Part shown: piece by piece, positions 1 through 5,681 of the stretch
Numbering within the stretch: position 1 is the stretch's first letter
Layout of the letters: every line of letters begins with the position of its first letter
Made by a program: the position numbers and the translations under genes
The notes under the pieces: model-generated
Seen by the model: the letters and a program-made list of their open reading frames with translations, nothing else
Told to the model about the DNA's origin: nothing
Database searches by the model: none
Source of the DNA: a virus
Lineage: Duplodnaviria; Heunggongvirae; Uroviricota; Caudoviricetes
Virus record (IMG/VR): IMGVR_UViG_2690316188_000015
Strand: one strand, 5' to 3'
DNA length: 6,926 nucleotides

Positions 1-536
1 AATGCCGAACCACCACGACAGCATGGTACCAGCAGGATCCCCGCGTTATTCGGGATATACGGGAGCAGTTTTTTGGCAATATGTAAGCCCTGGCCGACAC
101 AGCCGTACTGCCCTTTGCTCAGGTCTGCCTTCGGATGATTCAGCGTACTCATATCCTGCACATCATGCAGGCAGTGGTCGGCCGGAATAATATCGTTATA
201 TCTGCATGCAGCCCCACCCGGCGTAACTGTACTGCGGCGCGCCAGCTGTTTAATGCGCGGATCCGGAGCATCGTATGAATCCGGCAGCGGAAGCCCTTCA
301 CCGTAAGCCATGGCATTGGACTGCCCGGCCAGTACGATGACGTAGTACCAATCCGGCTCAGTTGCACCACTGACCACCACATCACCTTCTGCTGTAATCG
401 CCTGCATCAGGGTATAAGGGGTTATGGCCACCGGACTACCAAACGGCTGCCAGCCCTCTTTCAGTTTGTGTGTCAGCTTTTCCGCAAGGTCTGACGGCGA
501 CGCCGCCCTGACAACATCATAATGTTTAAATGTCAT
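1..536 (-). CDS. NanS-p-like protein: N-terminal DUF1737-like region plus SGNH/sialate O-acetylesterase domain; partial, 3' end beyond window
   Basis: ATG at 536-534 preceded by GGAGG (minus strand). Frame is open for 178 codons to the window edge. Translation starts MTFKHYDVVRAASPSDLAEKL and contains the GQSNA motif typical of SGNH esterases. Not in the ORF track because it has no stop in the window. Confidence 0.75.
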   Translation of the reverse strand, partial: MTFKHYDVVRAASPSDLAEKLTHKLKEGWQPFGSPVAITPYTLMQAITAEGDVVVSGATEPDWYYVIVLAGQSNAMAYGEGLPLPDSYDAPDPRIKQLARRSTVTPGGAACRYNDIIPADHCLHDVQDMSTLNHPKADLSKGQYGCVGQGLHIAKKLLPYIPNNAGILLVPCCRGGSA

Positions 537-720
537 TATTCCTCCCGGCCGGGATAGTGTATTAAATCAGATATGGAGTGGGCTGTAGTCCGGAAGCCTG
601 AATGACACACGGGGACTACAGCCCAAGAAATGAAAAAAGGCCACGCAGTTGCGCAGCCTGATAAACCCTGGTTAAAATCCACACGATAACAACACAACAA
701 TATCAGTATCTCATGCTATT

Positions 721-746
721 GCCCGAACCCATTCGGGCATTTTTTA
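721..746 (+). terminator. Rho-independent terminator, plus-strand orientation
   Basis: Hairpin GCCCGAA-CCCA-TTCGGGC (721-738) followed by A then TTTTTT (740-745) on the plus strand. Confidence 0.5.
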
Positions 747-750
747 CCCA

Positions 751-778
751 TAAAAAATGCCCCTCCGGAGAGGGGCAT
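751..778 (-). terminator. Rho-independent terminator, minus-strand orientation, downstream of the TerB-like gene
   Basis: 9-bp stem ATGCCCCTC / GAGGGGCAT with CGGA loop (757-778), followed on the minus strand by TTTTTT. Confidence 0.6.
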
Positions 779-943
779 GTTTGCATGCACATTCTTTTTC
801 TTGCATGGTGCCGGGTGCCTCCCGGTGAATTCAGTATCAGCACCTGAATCCGCGATTATCCCATATACCTGGTTGCTGATCGCCCCTCCGCACAGGGGGA
901 TTCACCATGCAGAAGTGTTTTTAATAAACAGCAAACAAAAAAA

Positions 944-1111
944 TCAAGCATTATGCAGGCTGTTTCTTTTTATCACCGGCCACAGCAATACCACAATGCC
1001 GCAGACCAGCACCCCATCCGCCAGCACCGACATGATTCTGCTGGTGAGATCCACCATCACCACCAGAAACAGCAGGAGTGCAGCCACAGCCAGGCGCAGT
1101 TTTACCGTCAC
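944..1111 (-). CDS. Candidate small hydrophobic membrane peptide (55 aa from GTG), possibly translationally coupled to the upstream TerB-like gene
   Basis: GTG start overlaps the TerB-like stop (GTGA overlap). Translation VTVKLRLAVAALLLFLVVMVDLTSRIMSVLADGVLVCGIVVLLWPVIKRNSLHNA has two hydrophobic segments. Below the ORF-track size cutoff. GC-rich region with several open frames, so it may be spurious. Confidence 0.25.
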   Translation of the reverse strand: MTVKLRLAVAALLLFLVVMVDLTSRIMSVLADGVLVCGIVVLLWPVIKRNSLHNA

Positions 1112-1539
1112 AGGTGATTCTCCAGACGAAGACCCAGAACACCGGCAATCTCTTCCAGCACCTTGCGCTCTTCCGGCTCAATTTCGCCGTCTGCCTCCGC
1201 AATGGCCACCGCCACATCCAGCACATCTTCCGCTTCACGCGTATCGTGTTTCACATCCTCAATCTCGCGTAACGCGGCACGACGACCAATTTTAAAATTG
1301 GTATCCAGCTGACCGATAATGGTTGCGCTAATCGCATTAATTTCCGAGGTAAACGCAGACAACGCAGGCTGATTACGTAAGACCTGTTCGATCTTCGCTT
1401 TCTCGGATGCCTCGCATTCACCATCTGCATAGGCCACCAGGTATGCAGCGTTAATCACCGCCTGTGCCAGATCGCGTTTCTCAAACTTTTTAATTTCCGC
1501 TGCCGCTCTGCGGGTTTTCTTTTTGAAGATTCCAAACAT
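1108..1539 (-). CDS. TerB-like (tellurite-resistance TerB family) protein, 143 aa
   Basis: ATG at 1539-1537 with AGGAAC Shine-Dalgarno 7-8 nt upstream. Protein MFGIFKKK...ADGECEASEKAKIEQVL...EADGEIEPEERKVLEEIAGVLGL has the paired ADG/DG plus acidic-helix organisation of TerB. The ORF-track N-terminal extension (start 1611) lacks an RBS. Confidence 0.75.
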   Translation of the reverse strand: MFGIFKKKTRRAAAEIKKFEKRDLAQAVINAAYLVAYADGECEASEKAKIEQVLRNQPALSAFTSEINAISATIIGQLDTNFKIGRRAALREIEDVKHDTREAEDVLDVAVAIAEADGEIEPEERKVLEEIAGVLGLRLENHL

Positions 1540-1671
1540 CGTGACGTTCCTTTGGGTGGGTGAGCCAACGCCCGGGAGCGATCTGCCCACAGAGAAAGTC
1601 ACACTGACCACTCCGTAAGCTCACCCCCGAAAGGCTCTGTGGTTGATATGCGCCGGGCGTGGCGCAGATAC

Positions 1672-1695
1672 AAAAAAGGCCCGCCGAAGCGAGCC
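1672..1695 (-). terminator. Rho-independent terminator just downstream of the tRNA cluster
   Basis: Minus strand reads GGCUCGC-UUCG-GCGGGCC followed by UUUUUU: 7-bp stem with one G-U pair and a UUCG tetraloop, about 14 nt past the tRNA-Arg 3' end. Confidence 0.6.
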
Positions 1696-1708
1696 TGGAA
1701 AATAAGTG

Positions 1709-1785
1709 TGGCGCGTTGTAGTGGAGTCTAACCACTGACCGATTGCTTAGAAGGCAATTGCTCTGTCCGACTGAGCTAACAACGC
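1709..1785 (-). tRNA. argO: tRNA-Arg (anticodon UCU), 77 nt with encoded CCA
   Basis: Manual fold: acceptor GCGTTGT/ACAACGC, D-stem GCTC/GAGC, anticodon stem ATTGC/GCAAT with loop CTTCTAA, CCA encoded. The T-loop TTAGACT is atypical. The symbol is assigned by position in the phage tRNA trio, not by sequence match. Confidence 0.7.
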
Positions 1786-1798
1786 ATGATGCTGATAA

Positions 1799-1875
1799 TG
1801 GACCGCCATCGGGGACTTGAACCCCGCGCAGCCAGCTTCGAAGGCTGGCGCTCTGTCCCGATGAGCTAATAGCGG
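1799..1875 (-). tRNA. argN: tRNA-Arg (anticodon UCG), 77 nt with encoded CCA
   Basis: Acceptor CCGCTAT/ATGGCGG (one G-U pair), D-stem GCTC/GAGC, anticodon stem CCAGC/GCTGG with loop CTTCGAA, T-arm CGGGG-TTCAAGT-CCCCG, CCA encoded. Symbol assigned by position only. Confidence 0.75.
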
Positions 1876-1884
1876 TATGTAATA

Positions 1885-1960
1885 TGGTGGCCCTTGCTGG
1901 ATTTGAACCAGCGACCTGGCGATTATGAGTCGCTCGCTCTCACCACTGAGCTAAAGGGCC
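1885..1960 (-). tRNA. ileZ: tRNA with CAU anticodon, ileX/ileZ-like (tRNA-Ile2 reading AUA after lysidine modification; formally a Met anticodon), 76 nt
   Basis: Sequence GGCCCTTTAGCTCAGTGGTGAGAGCGAGCGACTCATAATCGCCAGGTCGCTGGTTCAAATCCAGCAAGGGCCACCA closely resembles E. coli tRNA-Ile2 as recalled; canonical cloverleaf with T-loop TTCAAAT. Confidence 0.8.
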
Positions 1961-1988
1961 GAGCCAAAAAATAATAATCAGATGAAAA

Positions 1989-2702
1989 TCAATAATCAAG
2001 CCCTTGCCTGGATACATATCTGTCTGGCGGGAAGCCATAATAGCGGTGAAATACAGAAATAAAGTAGGACCTGCTTGAATAACCGCATTTTTCTGCTATA
2101 GCCTGTCCATATCCATGCCGGGAACATAACATATTTACAGCAACACGCATCCGCTCTTCCAGCAACAAGCGACTGAACATGCCCCCTTCATTTTTCAGTT
2201 TTGTCTTTAACAAACTCTCACTCATATGCAACTGTAGAGCAATCGCACCAAGCGTCCAGCTTGCTGATATATCTGTCTGAATTATCGCCCTGACTTTGGC
2301 ACTTATGCTGGATAAACATCCACTTAAAAACAATGACATCCGTTCATCTGTTTCAAACAGAGACAGGCAGGCCATCATAAGAAACATATCCGTGGCCTCT
2401 CCGGAAAATCCCTGGCTGGTAATTAAAGCCGCAGCCAACGCAGGATTGTTGGGTTCCAGCAACAGGTAAAGCGGAATGTCAGTCAGACGAGTCCTCGTCA
2501 GCTTATGCTGACTTTCCAGATATTGACTTACGACGGATTCGCTTATATCGACAATTTTAACTTTGCCATAATGCATAAGGAAAAGCTCCCTGATGCATTT
2601 GGTGGCCAGAACAACTGAGCCTGGCTTAAGTGACAACGTATCCTTTTCAAGAAAAATATTAATTGGGGAGCAAACCATGATAACTGAACAGACAACAGCC
2701 AT
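1989..2702 (-). CDS. AraC/XylS-family transcriptional regulator (AppY/YdeO/GadX-like subfamily), 237 aa, intact copy
   Basis: C-terminal region has both AraC-type helix-turn-helix motifs (WTLGAIALQLHMSESLLKTKLKNEGG... and AIAEKCGYSSRSYFISVFHRYYGFPP). N-terminus MAVVCSV resembles AppY-type regulators. Low GC. Confidence 0.85.
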   Translation of the reverse strand: MAVVCSVIMVCSPINIFLEKDTLSLKPGSVVLATKCIRELFLMHYGKVKIVDISESVVSQYLESQHKLTRTRLTDIPLYLLLEPNNPALAAALITSQGFSGEATDMFLMMACLSLFETDERMSLFLSGCLSSISAKVRAIIQTDISASWTLGAIALQLHMSESLLKTKLKNEGGMFSRLLLEERMRVAVNMLCSRHGYGQAIAEKCGYSSRSYFISVFHRYYGFPPDRYVSRQGLDY

Positions 2703-2737
2703 TATAATTTTACTTTCATTAGCAATTGGTTAGCTCA

Positions 2738-2768
2738 ATTATAGCCCCAAAAGGTAAATTATCATCAA
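2738..2768 (-). promoter_or_regulatory. Possible sigma70 promoter for the AraC-family gene: -35 TTGATG, 19-bp spacer, -10 TATAAT
   Basis: Perfect TATAAT on the minus strand about 36 nt upstream of the ATG. The -35 is weak and the spacer is long. An identical copy lies at 4129-4159 upstream of the truncated paralog. Confidence 0.3.
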
Positions 2769-2821
2769 CACATAAGCAAAGGACTGACAGGTGTCGCCCC
2801 CCCACCAGCCGCCCATTCACC

Positions 2822-2850
2822 ACAAATAAAAAGCCTTCAGGACTGAAGGC
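2822..2850 (-). terminator. Rho-independent terminator overlapping the stop codon of the 65-aa ORF
   Basis: Minus strand reads GCCTTCA-GTCC-TGAAGGC followed by TTTTTATTT. Confidence 0.6.
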
Positions 2851-3034
2851 GTCTGTAACAACCGCACTGATAGTCTGCCAGACCCGCCATAACAAGCTGG
2901 GTCAGTATTAACTGGCAGCGTTCGCGTGAAAGGTAAGTATTCTGCGCAATCTCCCCGACTGTCGCCGGTTCGGTAACGCTTAATTCATCAAACACAACTC
3001 TGGCGGTTTCTGTCATATCCTGCTGTTTCAGCAT
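2837..3034 (-). CDS. Small hypothetical protein (65 aa, or 59 aa from the second ATG), possible helix-turn-helix DNA-binding protein; copy A
   Basis: ORF with AAGGG about 9 nt upstream of the ATG. The only difference from copy B in this ORF is a synonymous change (GTT vs GTC Val at codon 20). Segment TVGEIAQNTYLSRERCQLILTQL is HTH-like. Function unknown. Confidence 0.5.
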   Translation of the reverse strand: MLKQQDMTETARVVFDELSVTEPATVGEIAQNTYLSRERCQLILTQLVMAGLADYQCGCYRRLQS

Positions 3035-3158
3035 GTCTTTTTACCCTTTCCGGTTAACGTGACATACCAATAACTCTTGTCTAAAAAGCCAGCAAGATAA
3101 AAAGCCAGTATTCACGACCACCAGCGTGTTTACTGTACTGCACCAGGTTTACAGGTAC

Positions 3159-3180
3159 AAAAAAACCGCTCAGCGGCGGG
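3159..3180 (-). terminator. Weak candidate terminator in the tail of repeat copy A
   Basis: Minus strand has a short CCGC/GCGG stem followed by TTTTTTT. The homologous site in copy B has a 5-bp stem. Confidence 0.35.
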
Positions 3181-3312
3181 TTTAAGTTGTGTGGCGAAGT
3201 AACCACTCTTAACACACTAATAGCATTTTTGTTATAACACAAGTAGCTCATTCAGTATTTTTAGAATCTTGACTTTCTTAAGCACGGAGAACTCTGAATA
3301 CCAAACATAAAA

Positions 3313-3546
3313 TCAATTATCTTCCAGGCCGGATGCTATCAACGAAAGCCTCTCAAAAAACGCTGTAGCAGCCTTGTCCAAAGTTGAATAAGTACTGTAT
3401 TCTCCGTGTTCGGGACCAACCACTACCCATGGTCGTCTTTTTGGGATTCGGGACTTCTCAGAAATCACTGTTCCAGATATACCAATATCAATTGTTACAC
3501 CTGTTATTATTTTCTCTTCATCTCTTTCCCTGAACTCAATTGCCAT
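3313..3546 (-). CDS. Hypothetical 77-aa ORF in the unique segment between the two repeat copies; possibly a gene remnant
   Basis: ORF-track ORF starting 19 bp inside the unique segment. No Shine-Dalgarno (A-rich upstream). No family recognised. Confidence 0.25.
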   Translation of the reverse strand: MAIEFRERDEEKIITGVTIDIGISGTVISEKSRIPKRRPWVVVGPEHGEYSTYSTLDKAATAFFERLSLIASGLEDN

Positions 3547-4093
3547 AAATGCCGTTTTTTTTTATGAACATGCCCCCTTCATTTTTCAGTTTTGTCTTTA
3601 ACAAACTCTCACTCATATGCAACTGTAGAGCAATCGCACCAAGCGTCCAGCTTGCTGATATATCTGTCTGAATTATCGCCCTGACTTTGGCACTTATGCT
3701 GGATAAACATCCACTTAAAAACAATGACATCCGTTCATCTGTTTCAAACAGAGACAGGCAGGCCATCATAAGAAACATATCCGTGGCCTCTCCGGAAAAT
3801 CCCTGGCTGGTAATTAAAGCCGCAGCCAACGCAGGATTGTTGGGTTCCAGCAACAGGTAAAGCGGAATGTCAGTCAGACGAGTCCTCGTCAGCTTATGCT
3901 GACTTTCCAGATATTGACTTACGACGGATTCGCTTATATCGACAATTTTAACTTTGCCATAATGCATAAGGAAAAGCTCCCTGATGCATTTGGTGGCCAG
4001 AACAACTGAGCCTGGCTTAAGTGACAACGTATCCTTTTCAAGAAAAATATTAATTGGGGAGCAAACCATGATAACTGAACAGACAACAGCCAT
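3536..4093 (-). pseudogene. Truncated paralog of the AraC-family regulator: N-terminal domain plus first HTH, residues 1-176 identical to copy A, then 9 unrelated codons and a stop
   Basis: Identical to copy A through ...KLKNEGGMF, then diverges exactly at the repeat boundary (3565) into IKKNGIYGN-stop. The second HTH is missing. Confidence 0.7.
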
Positions 4094-4212
4094 TATAATT
4101 TTACTTTCATTAGCAATTGGTTAGCTCAATTATAGCCCCAAAAGGTAAATTATCATCAACACATAAGCAAAGGACTGACAGGTGTCGCCCCCCCACCAGC
4201 CGCCCATTCACC

Positions 4213-4241
4213 ACAAATAAAAAGCCTTCAGGACTGAAGGC
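4213..4241 (-). terminator. Rho-independent terminator after the 65-aa ORF, copy B
   Basis: Identical to the terminator at 2822-2850. Confidence 0.6.
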
Positions 4242-4425
4242 GTCTGTAACAACCGCACTGATAGTCTGCCAGACCCGCCATAACAAGCTGGGTCAGTATT
4301 AACTGGCAGCGTTCGCGTGAAAGGTAAGTATTCTGCGCAATCTCCCCGACTGTCGCCGGTTCGGTGACGCTTAATTCATCAAACACAACTCTGGCGGTTT
4401 CTGTCATATCCTGCTGTTTCAGCAT
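4228..4425 (-). CDS. Small hypothetical protein (65 aa), copy B; protein identical to copy A
   Basis: Same ORF as 2837-3034 within the duplicated core. Confidence 0.5.
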   Translation of the reverse strand: MLKQQDMTETARVVFDELSVTEPATVGEIAQNTYLSRERCQLILTQLVMAGLADYQCGCYRRLQS

Positions 4426-4548
4426 GTCTTTTTACCCTTTCCGGTTAACGTGACACACCAATAACTCTTGCCGAAAAAGCCAGCAAGCTGAAAGACCTGT
4501 ATTAATAACTACCAGCACATTTAACGCACTGCGCTACTTTGCGGGCAC

Positions 4549-4571
4549 AAAAAACCCGCTCAGAGGCGGGG
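4549..4571 (-). terminator. Candidate rho-independent terminator between the CPBP gene and repeat copy B
   Basis: Minus strand reads CCCGC-CTCTGA-GCGGG followed by TTTTTTG, about 150 nt downstream of the CPBP stop. Confidence 0.5.
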
Positions 4572-4711
4572 TCAAGCTATGCGGCGAAATAACCACTCTT
4601 AACAGCATACCTGATTTTTTACGTACGTAAATGCTTTGCCGTGCATATTTTTCATGCAAATGTCACGTCCTGCTATTTTTCAGTCTTATAAATTTAAAAC
4701 CATAGAAAAAA

Positions 4712-5530
4712 TCAATTATGTTTTAAAAATGGATAGGTAAAGAATAACAAGTGACACAGATTCAAACCAAAATGGAAAAGGGTGGCAACCCACAAACGCC
4801 CACTCCACATCCATGACAATCCATACACAACACCAGATAACGTGGCAAATAATACAAGTAAAGCACCACCTGAATAGTGATAAAAACCAAACAACAAAGC
4901 CGCCACAATTAATGCAACCAATGGAGACGTTACTTCTGATAGCCGTGATTGAATATACCCTCTAAATAATGATTCCTCTGCCAGAGACACAAAAAACAAA
5001 TTAGCCAATATAAACTCTGGCAACCACTCAGGAAAATGAATCTCTGGCTTTAATCCACCAAAAAAAACAGCCAAAAACAGGATAAGAGGAACAGAGAGCG
5101 ACAGAGCCCCCCACTTCCACAAAGACACTTCTGATTTTACTTCTTTTTTAAACAAAGAAGATGTACACAGGACTAACAAAAATGGCACCAGCGCTTTATC
5201 AAAATTAAAATACATTGTATAGGGAGTACTTTGAGGGCCAACAGTAACAGAATTTAGCACTACAGGATTGTGAAACCCTGGCCATAGATGGAAAGATAAT
5301 GCTATGGCTGATAAAACTATGCCAACTTCATATATAGATTTAGCCCAGGCGTTATATTTCCAGTTGAACTTCAAAATAATAAAAAAAACGATTGTAGCAA
5401 CAAAAAATAACACCGACCAATCAATAATATCATTAAGCACAGCCAGGACAACAGACACCGTCAACAATGAAAAAGCCACTACCTTATGCCAACTGAGAGT
5501 TGACAGTGACAGTACTAACACAATCCACAT
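4712..5530 (-). CDS. CPBP-family (CAAX protease / Abi-domain, PF02517-like) intramembrane metalloprotease, about 272 aa
   Basis: ATG at 5530-5528 with AGGAG and a 5-nt spacer (the ORF-track GTG at 5536 is rejected). Polytopic hydrophobic protein with all three CPBP motifs: EESLFR (EExxxR), FGFYH (FxxxH) and HFGLN (HxxxN). Low GC, roughly 38% by eye. Confidence 0.8.
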   Translation of the reverse strand: MWIVLVLSLSTLSWHKVVAFSLLTVSVVLAVLNDIIDWSVLFFVATIVFFIILKFNWKYNAWAKSIYEVGIVLSAIALSFHLWPGFHNPVVLNSVTVGPQSTPYTMYFNFDKALVPFLLVLCTSSLFKKEVKSEVSLWKWGALSLSVPLILFLAVFFGGLKPEIHFPEWLPEFILANLFFVSLAEESLFRGYIQSRLSEVTSPLVALIVAALLFGFYHYSGGALLVLFATLSGVVYGLSWMWSGRLWVATLFHFGLNLCHLLFFTYPFLKHN

Positions 5531-5681
5531 AAGCACTCCTTTTATTTAATGATGAAGATTGATTATCAATATTTTCAATTCACCAGGCAACATTTTATCT
5601 ACCTTCCACAATACATGACCATCAAAAAATAAACATGTTAATTATAAACACAGAAAACATAACCCTCATCACTATATATCC
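5531..5681 (-). promoter_or_regulatory. AT-rich region immediately downstream of Q; expected location of the Q-dependent late promoter and Q-utilisation site
   Basis: Positional inference from lambdoid phage organisation. Several -10-like hexamers are present (TATAAT, TAAAAT) but no element could be assigned confidently. Confidence 0.3.

Larger units (their letters stand above)
2174..3225. repeat. Direct repeat copy A: near-identical core 2174-3064 plus a divergent tail to about 3225
   Basis: Manual alignment with 3565-4616 at a 1391-bp offset. One mismatch found in the 891-bp core (2975 A vs 4366 G). Identity falls to roughly 70-75% in the tail. Confidence 0.9.
3565..4616. repeat. Direct repeat copy B: near-identical core 3565-4455 plus a divergent tail to about 4616
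   Basis: See copy A. Confidence 0.9.

Noticed and set aside
2-190. Plus-strand ORF (62 aa)
   Set aside because: Lies antisense within the NanS-like coding region, which has an RBS, a recognisable motif and an open frame to the window edge; shadow ORF.
149-385. Minus-strand ORF (78 aa)
   Set aside because: Alternative frame inside the NanS-like gene; the real frame is the one starting at 536.
951-1238. Minus-strand ORF (95 aa)
   Set aside because: Out-of-frame overlap with the TerB-like gene; Gly/Trp/Arg-rich, not protein-like.
777-1295. Plus-strand ORF (172 aa), with the overlapping plus ORF 1078-1272
   Set aside because: Pro/His/Ser-rich low-complexity translation that overlaps the TerB-like gene antisense; typical GC-rich shadow frame with no RBS.
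1540-1611. N-terminal extension of the TerB-like ORF
   Set aside because: No RBS at 1611, whereas the ATG at 1539 has a good Shine-Dalgarno and gives a family-typical length.
1490-1735. Minus-strand ORF (81 aa)
   Set aside because: Spans the TerB-like start, a terminator hairpin and part of a tRNA gene; no RBS.
2726-2911. Plus-strand ORF (61 aa), duplicated at 4117-4302
   Set aside because: Antisense to the promoter region and 65-aa ORF of the module; present twice only because it lies in the duplicated DNA.
2174-4616. CRISPR array or insertion sequence as an explanation for the repeat
   Set aside because: Only two copies of a roughly 1 kb unit that carries protein-coding genes; no short repeat-spacer periodicity, no transposase ORF, no terminal inverted repeats or obvious target-site duplication.
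5304-5549. Plus-strand ORF (81 aa)
   Set aside because: Antisense within the CPBP gene; AT-rich shadow frame.
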